Below, piece after piece: positions 1 through 12,329 of a DNA stretch of 64,000 nt; position 1 is the stretch's first letter, and every line of letters starts with the position of its first letter. The notes under the pieces are model-generated. The model was not told the origin of the DNA, made no database searches, and worked only from the letters and a program-made list of their open reading frames with translations. A program made the position numbers and the translations under genes. This DNA comes from Lama glama (taxonomy: Eukaryota), in assembly GCA_028534125.1 (NCBI GenBank), contig CM052817.1:24244001-24308000 (forward strand), given 5' to 3'.

Positions 1-200
1 TATGCTGTAACTATTTTAAGTGTTTTAAACATATTCTCATTTGATCCATACAACACATGATACAGGTACTATTTTATTCTAAGTTGACCACATGGAAACT
101 GAGCATCAAAGAAGTTAACTAACTTGTCCAGGATGTCTAATAAGTGGAGGATCAGTTTCTAAGTAGGTTTTGAAGTCCATTCATGTCACCACTAATCTAT
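1..200 (-). mobile_element. MIR SINE fragment
   Basis: Antisense MIR core: ggaaactgagcatcaaagaagttaactaacttgtccagg, preceded by ctcatttgatccatacaacac. Confidence 0.75.
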
Positions 201-554
201 GCTGACTCTTGTACATGGTCCTTGTACTTTTAAAAAGTTGCTTAAATAAGTCTTTCCTTTTTATTTTCACTTTTGGATGGATCCCCAGCTCTGAGAATGT
301 TTATTTAATGCCTGAACATTCTAGAAAGAAACATCATACCATCCTTAGCAAATTTAATTGGTAGACACTAAAAATCAGTTTAATGACCTTTAGGCTATCA
401 CTGACCTTGAAAGTATATAAAAACTTGAATATTGATTAGGAAAGTGAGTATTTCTTTAGGAAGAAGAGTAATTTTAGAGTGTAGTAGTCTCTTTCCCTCT
501 TTCAACTTCATAGTATGGTGGGATTACTTCCCTTAACCGAATCCAAGGACACCA

Positions 555-1040
555 ACTAGTTTCTTGCCACATAACTAACCACCACAAAATTTAAAGATGG
601 AAAATAACAGCCATTGATTTTGGTTTTAATTATGTGGCTCAACCACTGGGGCTGCATTCAGTTGAGCAGTCCCTGGTTTCGGCTGGACTCACGCCTCTGC
701 CTTTAGCTATGTGACAGATGAGGGAGGGCTGACCTAGGGAAAGTTCAGCTGAGATGGCTTATGTGGATTCCGTGTGGCCTCTCACCCTCCACCTGCTTCG
801 CCCATACTTATCCACATGGCAGAGGTGATAGGGCCCCAAGTGGGACAGTAGAAATATGCAAGATCTTCCGAGTACTAGCCTTGGGACTAGCCCAACAATG
901 CTTTTTCCTGCTCAGACTAAGTCCCTTTTTAAGGGTGGAGAAGTAGACTCAACCCTCTGATGAGAGGTGCCGCAAAGTCATGTTGCAAAGAGTGTGGATA
1001 CAGGAAGAGTAGAGAATTTGGGCCATTTTTGCACTTTACA
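555..1040 (-). mobile_element. MLT1-type (MaLR) LTR, old subfamily
   Basis: ataactaaccaccacaaaattt...aaaataacagccattgatttt is the antisense MLT1 3' end; ends ...gaatttgggccatttttgcactttacac. Confidence 0.65.
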
Positions 1041-1689
1041 CCCTCAAGTGAAGTGTGCTCTGAAAGAACCATCCAAAGAGTTTGGCCTGTATCTTTTGAA
1101 ATGCTGAAAATTCAGAGCCTGGCACATGACTCACTGATGGAAAAAAATAAAATCAATGCTATAGGAAGAGGAAGAGAGATGACTCCAGAGGAAGAAAGCC
1201 CTACTACCTTGTTTGTAGTAACAAGTAGTCATGTTTTCTGTGGGACATGCATAAACCCCTCAGAGTTACACTGTAAGTCCTCTATCCAAAAAGACCTCCT
1301 TCAGGTGAGCCTCCTACGGAGTGGACTGCAGAAAAATAAGAGCAGAGGGGAAACTATAAGTAGCTAGATAGCAAAGACTTTTGGTCCTGCTAAAAAAGTA
1401 TAGTCAGAGGAACTCAATAATTTGTATCTTAGAAGAATAACAACCAAAAAAAAATTTTTAATCCACAATATAGAATATAAGTATTGATGACTGTTGCCCA
1501 CACAGCATATCATACTAGATTACAACTCCAGTAGTCAAGTAAAATTTTTCTGATCCTGTATGTCTTGTCCCTTAGGTTCAATAGTGGAGGTCTGAGGTAA
1601 CAAAATAATTGGAGATGAGGACTAGGTCAGAAGAGCAAGGGTAGGTACTGAAGAATCCAGCACATCAGAAAGCAGCTAAGTGACACTGT

Positions 1690-1928
1690 GCAACCAGAAT
1701 GCCACCATTTCTTACCACCTCTACCACCACTGCCCTGGTCTGGGGCATTAACTCTTAAGAATTATCACATTAACTTCCTCCCTGCTTTTACCCTTGCCCA
1801 CTACAGTCTATTCTTGACACAGCCAAAGTGATTCTGCTCAAAATAAAGTCAAACCATGTATTCCTCTGTTTAGATTCCCTTTCTCTTAGACTAAAAATCA
1901 AAGCCATAAAATGGCCTGAAGGCCTACA
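1690..1928 (+). mobile_element. L2 LINE fragment, 5' part (continues at about 4375)
   Basis: cccttgcccactacagtctattcttgacacagccaaagtgattc...aatggcctgaaggcctac matches the L2 3' region. Confidence 0.75.
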
Positions 1929-2312
1929 GCAGACATAAAGGTGTGCCGCTCAGATCTCCCTTAGAAAAATAATTTGACATCCAGCTGCTTATATTAGCTG
2001 ATGGCTTCTAGCTGAAGGACATCAGTATCTGCTGCAGCATTTAAAGCCCCACTCTTCCCAAGCAGTCCCCAGCCAATGACGCACATACAGTGGGGGTACT
2101 AGACCTGGCTATCTATTCCTGCCAACTGCAAAACTACTCTTATAGGCCATCTTTGCTCTGAACCATTAGTTTGGCTGAGAATATACCAAATATGAATCAC
2201 AATGAGGTTGTCCCTGTTCAATTCTGTCTCCTTTCCTCTTGCATTTCACAGATATTAGATTTGCATTGCAGTCTGAAGCCTGTCCCTAACCAATTCTGCC
2301 CCTTTCTGCCTC
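1929..2312 (+). mobile_element. LTR16-like ERVL LTR, 5' part
   Basis: ggtgtgccgctcagatctccc, cagccaatgac and gcagtctgaag motifs, shared with the LTR at 44958-45392. Confidence 0.7.
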
Positions 2313-3419
2313 TTTTTTAAGATACAGTATAATTGATTTACAATATTATATTAGTTTCAGGTGTACAGCATAGTGACTCAGTATTTTTACAGTTCATACT
2401 TCACTAAAGCTATTACAAGATAACAGCTATAATTCTCTGTGCTATACAATATATCCTTGTTGTTTATGTATTTGATACATCGTTTGTATCTCTTAGTCCT
2501 ATTCCTCTAATATGCCTCTCCCTCTTCCCTCTCCTCTTGGATAGTTTGTTTTCTATATCTATGAATGTTTTGCTATATATATTTGTTTGTATTATTTTTT
2601 AGATTCCACATATAAGTGATATGATACAGTGTTTCTCTTTCTCTGCCTTATTTCACTAAGCATGATATTCTCTAGGTCCATCCACATTGCTGTAAATGAC
2701 AAAATTTCATTCTTTTTTATGGCTAAGTAATAGTCAGTATAGATATATACCACATCTTCTTTAGCCACTTGTCTGTTTATGGACACTTGGATTGCTCCCA
2801 TATTTTGGCTATTGTAAATAGTGCTGCTATGAACATCGGGGTGCATGCATCTTTTCAAATTAGTGTTTTTGGGTTTTTCCAGGTATATATCCAGGAATGG
2901 AATTGATAGGTCATATTGTAGTTCTATTTTTAGTTTTTTGAGAAACCTCCATACTGTTTTCCGTAGTTGCTATACCAATTTACACTCCCACCAACAGTGT
3001 ACGAGGGTTCCCTTTTCTCCATATCCTTGCCAACACTTGTCAATTGTAGACTTTCTCATGCTAGCCATTCTGACAGGTGTGAGGTGATGTCTCATTGTTT
3101 TGATTTGCATTTCTCTACTATTAGTGATGTTAAACAGTTTTTCATGTACTTGTTAGCCATCTGTATGTCTTCCTTGGAAAAATATCTATTCGTCTTCTGC
3201 TCATTTTTTTGATTGGCTAGTTTGGGTTTTTTTGATACTAAGTTGTGTGAGCTGTTTATGTATTTTGGATATTAGTCCCTTGTTGGTCATATCATTTGCA
3301 AATATTTTCTCCCATTTGGTAGTGTTTTGTTTTGTTTTGTTTTGTTGATGGTTTCCTTTGCTATGCAAAAGGTTTTAAGTTTAATTAGGTCCCATTTGTT
3401 TATTTTTGCTTTTATTTCT
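2313..3419 (-). mobile_element. LINE-1 3' end (ORF2 C-terminus, 3' UTR, poly-A); non-inverted part of a 5'-inverted L1
   Basis: Poly-T start, ttagtttcaggtgtacagcatagtgactcag, ttagattccacatataagtgata and cactcccaccaacagtgt. ORF 2592-2858(-) contains the L1 motif IKKNEILSFTAMWMDLENIMLSEI. Confidence 0.95.
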
Positions 3420-4276
3420 AATAAATGAATTTAGCAATGTTTCAGGATATAAGATTAAGATATAGAAATCTATTGCTTTTCTATACACTAATAATGAGCC
3501 ATTAGAAAAAGAAAGTTCAAAAAATCATTTAAAATCACATCAAAAATTATTATAGAACCTAAGAACAAACTTAACCAAGGAGGTGAAAGACCTGTACTCT
3601 GAAAAAAATAAAATACTGATGAAGGAAATTGAAGATAACACAAAAAAATGGAAAGATACTGTATACTCCTGGATTGGAAGAATTAATATTGTTAAAATGG
3701 CCATACTGCTCAAAGCAATCTACAGACTTCATGAAATTGCTATCAAAATACCCATGACAGTTTTCACTGAACTAGAACAAATAATCTTAAAATTCATACG
3801 CAACCACAAGAGACTCCAAACTGCCAAAGAAATCTTGAGGAAAAAAAGAACAAAACTGAAGGTACCACTCTCCCAGATTTCAGACTACACTACAAAGCTA
3901 CAGTAATCAAAACAGCCTGGTACTGGCACAAAAACATACACATACTTCAATGGAACAGAATAGAGAGCCCCGAAATAAACCCATGCATCTTTGATCAATT
4001 AATCTACAACAGAGGAAGCAAGAATATACAATAGAGAAAAGACAGTCTCTTCAATAAGTGGTTCTGGGAAAACCAGAATGAGATTAGAACATTTCCTCAC
4101 ATCATATACAAAAATAAACTCAAAATGGATTGACGACCTAACTGTACAACCTGAGGCCATAAAAATCCTAGATGAGAGCATGGGCAGAACACTCTTTGAC
4201 ATAAATCTTAGTAATATTTTTTGGATCTGTCTCCTAAAGCAAAAGAAATAAAAGCGAAAATAAACAAAATGGGACC
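3418..4276 (+). mobile_element. LINE-1 ORF2 fragment (inverted segment), frameshifted
   Basis: ORF 3583-3906 ([44 protein letters not shown]) is L1 ORF2p downstream of the RT core; followed by tacaaagctacagtaatcaaaacagcctggtactggcac. Confidence 0.95.
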
Positions 4277-4374
4277 CATTCTTCATTTTTCATTCACAGG
4301 ATGCTGCCCCTAATAAACTTCTTGCACTCCTAACTCTATATCAGCATCTGCTTGCTGGGGGACCCACACTGACC
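4277..4374 (+). mobile_element. LTR16-like LTR, 3' part
   Basis: ttcacagg...ctaataaacttcttgcactcctaactc..tcagcatctgctt..ggggacccacactgac resembles the LTR16 terminus with its polyA signal. Confidence 0.75.
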
Positions 4375-4765
4375 ATGACCTGGCCTTTGTGTTTCTGTGA
4401 CCTTATGTCTCCTACTTTCCACCTCACTCTCTCTACTTTACCTTCACTGGCCTCCTCACCATGCTCTGAATGTGCCAGGCCCTTTCTCTGTCTCCTCTGC
4501 CCACATATTAGCATGGCCAACTCTTTAACATTATTCGTATCTTTATCAAATATCAATTTCTCCACAAGGCCTACCGAAACTAATCCATTTATTTCTGCAA
4601 CCTGACACTCTCCTACCACCATGTTTAGTACTTATGTTCTCTCTTACTCTGCTCAGCTTTTCCCATTTTCTCTAACGTGTAAGCTGAATTTAAGCTCCTT
4701 ATGGGTAGAATCGCTATTTGGATCACTGAAATATCTCTAACACTAGCATGTGCCTGCCACGTCAC
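4375..4765 (+). mobile_element. L2 LINE fragment, 3' part
   Basis: catgacctggcc...cactggcctcctcaccatgctctgaatgtgccaggc...gcatgtgcctgccac continues the L2 broken at 1928. Confidence 0.75.
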
Positions 4766-5144
4766 TATTTTTTTTTAATATTAAATTCCTTCTTCTGTGC
4801 TATAGATGCAGCCTTCTTATCGGAGTCTGGCCCAAAATGGGAAAAGGAAAAGCTCTGAACTGAATAAAAGGTAGAAACTTTAAACCAAAAAGATTTTCAA
4901 CACCTGTAATTGAGATCTGATTTACCTGGATGTGACAGGAAGACTGTGCAATTATCAAGATATTGTCAGGAACACATGACGAAGAATCAACAGGACAGGA
5001 GTGTTGAGGAAAAAAAATAGTTGCTTTCTGTTTGTATCCTGCTGAATCCAGTTAGTCCAATATATAATATTATACACAAAACAACTACATTCTAATCAGA
5101 TCTGTGGTGCACAAGAAATAAAATATAAAAACAAAAAACCTACA

Positions 5145-5330
5145 GAGTTAGAGAACTGAATTTAAGTCTAACCAGAAATGACTAGTTGGGTAAACTAAAT
5201 GGATTTGTCTTCTCTCTGACAGATTTCTCACCTACAAAATGGTAACAGTTACACTTAATTCACAGGGGTCTTGTGTCACCCTAATCTACTCAAAATAGAG
5301 AAATGTAAAAGTAACCTGGAAACTATAAAA
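5145..5330 (+). mobile_element. MIR SINE fragment
   Basis: cagatttctcacctacaaaatggtaacag...cacaggggtcttgtg. Confidence 0.55.
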
Positions 5331-6869
5331 ATTGTCATGTTGATATAATTTGAATTCACAAAGAAGTGTTGTTTTTTCTATGATTATTCTCTGATAAATA
5401 TTTTTGGCTGATCTAAATCCAGAGCATGACAACTTATTAACAATTCCAACAAGTATATAGAAAAGAAAAAGGGAAAGAAATTGAAATAGTTTCCTTTATT
5501 AGATGTTTGTTTTACTTCTGGATCATCCCACCCATTTTTTTTTTTACAAATGACCCCTATCTACCTTAAAGATGACAATGGAAAATAAAGGAAAAACTCC
5601 TCACTCTTTTAGAAATATGAGAATGAATCAACTCAAAACCCTGCATATTCATTCAAGCAGAATTATTGAAGAGCACAAGATCTTTTTTTTTCAAAAGGGA
5701 AAGTATTAAAAGACAAATCAGTGATGTGTTACTTGGAAGACATGAACAAGGGAGATGGACTTCCAAAAATATAGAATTTATCACCACTATTTCAAAGATC
5801 TTTTAATTAAAAGGTAAACTCCAAATCAAGGTATGACTTGTATCGGCTCAGCCAATGATAATCATTTGAAGAGGAATAGACAGTTTGATATGTTTGAAGG
5901 ATGGCTGTAACTCTTTGTTTCTACTCACAGTTTGAATTGGGTGGTTCTGAGTAGATGATAGAGTAGTATGAAAAAACCAAAGTATAAAGAAATGTGCATG
6001 TTAGGTTGCAGCAATTTATTTTTGGCTGTTTCGTTACCTTAGTGATAATCTTGCAAGGTATTTAAATCCTGTTCATTTCTAAACACAATATTATACTCAT
6101 TATAAAACAGACACACCATTTCACACACGAATTCTTTTGATGGTTTGATATTTTACTAATATTCACATCCCTAAACCAAGTCTAAATAATAAAATGACAA
6201 AGAGATGGGTAGAAAAAATTTGTTCACTGATTTCAGCTGCTTCAGTTAGTCAGAGTCTATATGTTTGATTCTTTTCCTGAATTAACCAGTGGTTAATGAA
6301 CACAACTAATACAGCCAACATAAATAACTGATGGTGATAAATTATCTGACTTATCTGGGACCATTCTGACTATTCTAAACCAATAGTCCATTCATTATTA
6401 ACATCAACACAACAGTGGACCAGTCTAACAGCACATTTACTACTACTAGAAAACAACTGAATTGTTAGGAATGCCAAAATATTCTGAGTTGGATCTAATT
6501 CTTTGAGCATACTATTTACAACAACTTCTTTGAACAAAATAAATGATGTCAAAGACCCAAAAGTATTCATCCTAATAAGGACAAATAACAAAAAGTCACA
6601 AAGTATCCCACATATAGTTTAGAGTTTTCATAAGTATATGTTTAATGACAGTAATCACTCTTCCTCCACAGAAAAACAGCATTTATGTCTTTCAATAGCT
6701 GGGCCTGAATGATCTTATTCAGCTTTTTGATTTAATTTAATCTTCTGGTCCTAAGAGCAAGTGAAGAAGTTCCATCACAGCATGCAATAAAGTTCCTTAT
6801 ACTTCACTCTCTTGAGGTATATCTCAAGTCCCACTCCATCCAAAAGTCATTCCTATGTATTCCAGCCAA

Positions 6870-7110
6870 TTGGGGAGCACCTACTGTGTACGAGATCTGA
6901 CTCTACTTTCAGGATGAATGAATAGTGATATAAATTACCTGCCTCCAGAAAACATATGCACCTCGGGCCTCAACTGTCTCATGAAGATTAAGAACATGGA
7001 ACTTGGAAAGAGCATCTAACTCTGCACTGGAGAGAACAGGTCAGGGAAGACAGCACTGAGGAAATGACAGTAGTGATGTGTAATCAGGAACAAGAGTAAG
7101 GTGAGCAGCA
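6870..7110 (-). mobile_element. L2 fragment
   Basis: gagcacctactgtgt...gtcagggaagacagcactgaggaaatgacag. Confidence 0.55.
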
Positions 7111-7289
7111 GCAGTTTGCGATCAAAGAAGAAGAAAAGAGATGGAAGGAGGGAGATGAATTTCACTGTGTTTCAGTCTATGCTGGATTTAGAGCTCTCTT
7201 CTCTCTGGGCTTCTGCTCTGTTTCCCTCAAAGAGAAACAAACAGTTGTAGCTCCCCATTGTTATAAAAGAGTTCCACAGTCTATTGCAA

Positions 7290-7390
7290 ACCATATTGTC
7301 AATTCTCTGCTTCTCCATCACTCTCACTCAGTACCCAGCACAGCACTGCGCACAGAGAATGTTCTCAATAACCAGTGGGTTAAGTGAAAA
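7290..7390 (+). mobile_element. L2 3' terminus
   Basis: cagtacccagcacagcactgcgcacagagaatgttctcaaataa. Confidence 0.55.
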
Positions 7391-9389
7391 TAGAAATTTC
7401 AGAATAGGAATTTTTTAAAGATTGTATATCACCTTCAAAAAACCACTGTAAAGACACATTCAATCTACATCTTTATACAGATCCACACCAGTAGGTATTT
7501 CACCAAGTTCTTCATCTCCCTTCCTTTCTTGTTGTCAGAACAGCATGAGGATTTTGTGCATACTGACAGAATTGAGTCTGTGATGCTAATTTCTTAAATA
7601 AAGTTTAACAGAGATCAGTGCCAAACTGCCTTTGATGCTTCCCCAAAGTACAGAAAGGGCAATGTGGCTTAGGGATAAAAACTGACCATTTTTCACCCCA
7701 AAATTATTCTGTCATTCCATGTTGAATGAAGCAATTCTATTTTTTAAAGTTATTTGTAGACACTTCGAAGAGAAAAGATGCTGTCAACGTATGTTAGCAT
7801 CGATTTTTTTTTTCTGGCATAAATGCTGAAACTGGAAAAGTAGATATTAAAAAATAGACATATCTCTAGATTTGATTTTTGCTTTTTTTGAGGTTTCTGT
7901 CTGACATTCAACCTTTTTCAAAGCAATTACAGTAACAAAATAATATGCTTATTAAGAATGTATTCCCTTTTAAAAGACTGGTTTTTTATTTGAAGAAGGA
8001 AAAGAAAGGATTTTAAACAGAGAACCCAGTGCATAATATTTTAAATTAGAATAAATATTTTAAAAGGTAGCCACATTAGCAAAGTTTTCAAATTATGCCA
8101 AAACATGAGAGCATGTTGTAATTCTAAAAATGCAGAAATTGCTGCCTTAAGTGATATGCAAATAGACTTATCATTCAGGTATGGCCTTAAATAACATTCA
8201 TTTCCCTGAAACTCATAATTAGGTCAAATACACCATTATCATTCACCTTGAGGTCGGTTAAGAAAGTACAGCTTTATATAAAAAAATTAACATAGGAAGT
8301 TACTCTTGATGTTAAAAAGGGGAGGGAAAAAAAATCCCTAACGTTGATATTGAAAATGAATGTATCCAGCTGCTATATGAGGAATTCTCCCTTTCCAGGC
8401 AATCTCCTCAGAGCCAGATTCATCACTGATAAAATCAGGTCACTTCCAGCTTTTCAGAATTTGAAAATTCTATAAGTAATGAATCTATGCCCTTTCCAAT
8501 AACATGACTTTGCACTAAGACCCTCACTTGGTTAAGAATGAAGGGAAAGAAGCACATATGGAGTCTTTTCTACTTCTCTTTCTCTTTTTCGCCTGCTCTA
8601 GGGCTCTGCCAAAGGGCCGGCTGATGATCGATCCTTGCACTTAATAGGTTCTTCTAAGCCAAGAACCTATTCTCTACTTATTCGAACATGGAAGGTTATG
8701 TTGGTAGAGCTGACTGCGAATCCACATCCTGAGCAGTTGACATAGCCACAGCAGGACTGCCTTACTCACTAACCACAGTTAGAGAAGCTGAACCAGAGCA
8801 CTCAGGTACGATGGAGCCAGCTTCTAGGAGGCTTTATGCCCAGACTGTGCTTGAAATTGATTCCTGCATTAAAGGCATGGAAGCCCAGCCCACTGATATA
8901 ATTAGGTCCAGTGACCAGACTAACAACTCTTTTTTCTTTCTTTAGAAAGGTAGGTCAGAAGATGGGCAGGGATTTCTTCGAGAAGTTGAAGGAACTTTTG
9001 AGAAATTCCCTTCTCAAAAGACTGAGACAGAAAAAAGACAAAGAAGAGTTAATTTTTCTACCTAATATTCTAATGTTAGCTTAACTCAGCATTTTCCAAT
9101 ATGTGTTTCAATATAATAGACACATCTTTGAAAATCCATGGATTTTTCCATTTCACTTAAATTGTGATGTCATTAGCTTTTAATGTGTTAAATCAGTGGT
9201 TTTCAAGGTTTCAGGAGGAGAGAGAATAGGTAGAACAATAAAGCCATTGATTGTTAGACTAGGACAACTTGTTGTAGAAGTTTTTTAAAAAGTGGTTAGA
9301 CAGAATTTCAAAAATTGTGAAGTTGTATCCCTGAACAGACAGAAGGCTTTGGGCAGAAAGAGGGAAAGAAATAATGCCAGTAGACAACT

Positions 9390-9630
9390 GTAATTAGCAG
9401 CTCCATGTGCCATGTACTTTTCAAGAACTTAATACATACTGTCTCATTTAAATCTTTATAATAACTTTCTGATATTATCTTCAGTCTACAGTTATGGAAC
9501 TGTGGAAACTAAGGGAGAGGATTTAAGTAACTTGCTCAAGTTTACACAGCTATAAATGGCAGAAGGTGAGTTCAAACTCAGGAATTCTGGGTCAAGAGCT
9601 GATGTTTTCATGTTACACTCTTCTACTTCT
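9390..9630 (-). mobile_element. MIR SINE
   Basis: ggaaactaagggagaggatttaagtaacttgctcaagtttacacagctataaatggcaga...ttcaaactcagg. Confidence 0.85.
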
Positions 9631-9639
9631 GCTATTCTG

Positions 9640-10580
9640 CAGAGTTCTGACATACTTTTTCTCACTTGCAACAACTTCATCTTCACAGGGTCAAACTGTA
9701 GGTCAAAAGGTAGGAAGGAGAAGAAAAGGTCATACAATAGAAGTCTCAGAGAGATTAAGGAGAGGTTGCCTAAAGAGAGAGTCATATACCTGGCTTCATG
9801 TTTGGAAATCTGGAAGGAGACCACCTTTTCCACCAGGGGAAGAAAAAGTGCCCCTGTGCCTTCATGGGCAGCCACAGTGATAAGTAAATGGTGTCACTGA
9901 CATTTAGGCACAGAGATGGCTTGAGTTATACTTCTCTGTGGCATCAAATCAGTACAGAAGTCCCTGCATGTGTTAGAGGGGAAGAGAAAGACAGCTGAGT
10001 TAAGAGGAGTTGAGAAGAAAGCCATAGGACTTCTCTGACACAAGGCAATGTGGCTACAAGATTGAGAGACTAAATGCTGGCTGAGACTCAAAGATCTGCA
10101 GTGTCAATGCAAACCAAAGTGAGGTCCAGGCATCAAGGATTTTGACCACACCAGTAGGATGGACCATGGGTACACCAGCACAGATGACAGTGGTGAATTC
10201 TAGCAAACAAATCAGTGGACAGACTCTAAAGGAAACCAAGTCCACTGCTTAAGACCACTTATGGGTCCAAGGTCACAATCCCTACCCCTTGGTATCATGG
10301 ACACCAGTTAAGTTCCCTCTTGATTCCAGGTTTGTATAGGATTGGATATGGAGGCCAGAAGAGTCTCTGAATTTCTGAATATTTACCAAAAAGTGTCTTT
10401 GTCAGAAATTGTTTTGAATTGGGAAGATCTGAGATACAGTGAAGATAACCTGATGTACAGTGTTCAATTGCAAGTAGCAGCTGCAGAAAGCACTAGTTCT
10501 GTATGTTGTTAATAAATATTATTGAGAAATTTATTTTCTTGCTGCATAAGATTCAGAATACTGAGTTGAAAAATACACAG
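9640..10580 (+). mobile_element. Ancient LTR-like element (ERVL or mammalian Gypsy type), family unresolved
   Basis: Purine-rich body, AATAAA near 10511 and a CA terminus (aaatacaca); composition differs from the flanks. Confidence 0.4.
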
Positions 10581-10683
10581 GTTTTCATGGTATAGGAATT
10601 CTCAGAAATTAAATTAGGGTCATTAACAGTGTGAATCTGAGAGCAGATTATATAACTTCAAGTTTTAAAATGCCCCAAACATT

Positions 10684-10732
10684 TTTTCCATGTTAAATTT
10701 TCCATATTAAATTTTTATGTTAAATTTTCCAT
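10684..10732. repeat. Tandem repeat, unit about 14 bp (ttttccatgttaaa), about 3.5 copies
   Basis: Read directly from the sequence. Confidence 0.8.
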
Positions 10733-12049
10733 TTAGTATAATTAGCATTTCACAGAACACTCTTTAGGAAAAAAATGGTTTGTTTCAGTACAAGGGATCT
10801 ATGTGATTATCAAACACAAAGGCAGGATCCAGGGTAAATATGGTAACTCACACACAGTCATATACACACATACAGGAGACTGACAGTGAGAGAGAGTTCT
10901 AAATCTCCTTGCAGAGTAAGCATTCCACAATTACTTATTAATATTTTAGTGACAGTTACCAGACCTGGCAATCTTATTCAACTCATCTGCATCATATATT
11001 CATTTTGTGCTAGACAGTGAGACAGTAAGGTTGTTTTTTTCCCTTCAGATTAATTGTCTTGCACAGGGCCAACTGAGTACAATTAGATATACTAAGATGG
11101 TTTAAATTTTGAATTAATATTTGTTGAGAAAAGCTAAGCAAGCTTTCTTCCCTGGGTGTTCAAACACATTGTTCACTTTAGTACAGAGAATCCGAGGCTG
11201 TGGGATATTTTCCCTATCATTTATTACTGTGTACTAAAATTTTATCTGAATATTTTCCAGTAAAATCTAGATGACCATAGGATCTAATGCTAAAATCCAC
11301 ATATTTTGACTCTTTTTTCTAATCTGCATAAGTTGCACCTGAAAAATTCAGTTGTATAAAATAATGAACATTTTGCTCCTTAAACCCCTCTTTTAAGGCT
11401 GTTCCATTTTACCGGATTAATCAACCTTCAGGGACATCACTTTTAACTCTCAAAACAGGTGTTGCAACAGGTAGAAAACAGGTAGAAAATCCATAGCACA
11501 TTATAATCAGTTATTCTGAAATGATCCTAATGTTGTACCAACACAAATAAGCTGTTTAAATTCATTTTTAGCAGCATCTGTTGCTAGTGGATTTAATACC
11601 TGATTGTTGGATCAGGATTTCTAAATCCTTTCATCCAGGAAAAATACTAGGACCTAGTTAAACCATGTGTCAGATAAATCCTTATCCTAAGAGTCCAGGT
11701 TTCACCTGGGGAGGTTATCATCTTTGTATCCTTTGTTAGCTCATCTCTTTCCAGTTAAAAGAAGCAGAGTCACATTCTCGTTACTTTAAGTCAGGGAGGC
11801 ACATTATAAGTAAACATAGAAAAGCAAGGAAAATCACATTGCCTGGAAGTGTATATTACCACTCAGAAATTAGCAGTTTACCCAGATGTCCAAGAGCAGC
11901 TGTGATGTCCTTGCTGAAGAACTTGACTCTAAAGGATGCATAACTAGGTCTCTCCATTCTAATGCTTAACCAGTTGGTTGGCTTATGCACCACTCTCAAT
12001 AACTGGCACTCTCTCTGTATCTCACAGTCAAGCCCCTAGAGAGTGGATT

Positions 12050-12085
12050 AGATGAGATGAGATGAGATAAGATGAGATGAGATGA
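12050..12085. repeat. (GATGA)n pentanucleotide microsatellite, about 7 units
   Basis: gatgagatgagatgagataagatgagatgagatga. Confidence 0.95.
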
Positions 12086-12329
12086 ACTGACAATTGAGCA
12101 AGCCTCTCATATTGGGCCACATCATAATCTCTGCAAACCCATGTCTGTTTACATACATAAATCTATTCTGGCTTCAAGTAAACCCTATCAGGAAGGGAGG
12201 TAACATTGTAAGATTTCCTCAGAAAGAAATCTAGGAGCTGTAAGCACTGTGAATCTAATAAATTCTTTTTCAGTGCATCTTAGTGTGAAGACTCTTTCAA
12301 GCACTTTAAACGATATAAGATCTTAGCCC

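Noticed and set aside
960..1367. 135-aa ORF
   Set aside because: Starts inside an MLT1 LTR, has no recognisable domain and no splice context.
3583..3906. 107-aa ORF as a gene
   Set aside because: It is a frameshifted L1 ORF2 fragment inside the inverted segment.
6370..6591. Minus-strand 73-aa ORF with a possible splice acceptor
   Set aside because: No recognisable protein similarity and no convincing donor; may be a decayed DNA-transposon piece that I could not assign.
9492..9900. Three overlapping ORFs over 100 aa
   Set aside because: They span a MIR and an LTR-like remnant, with no coding signature.
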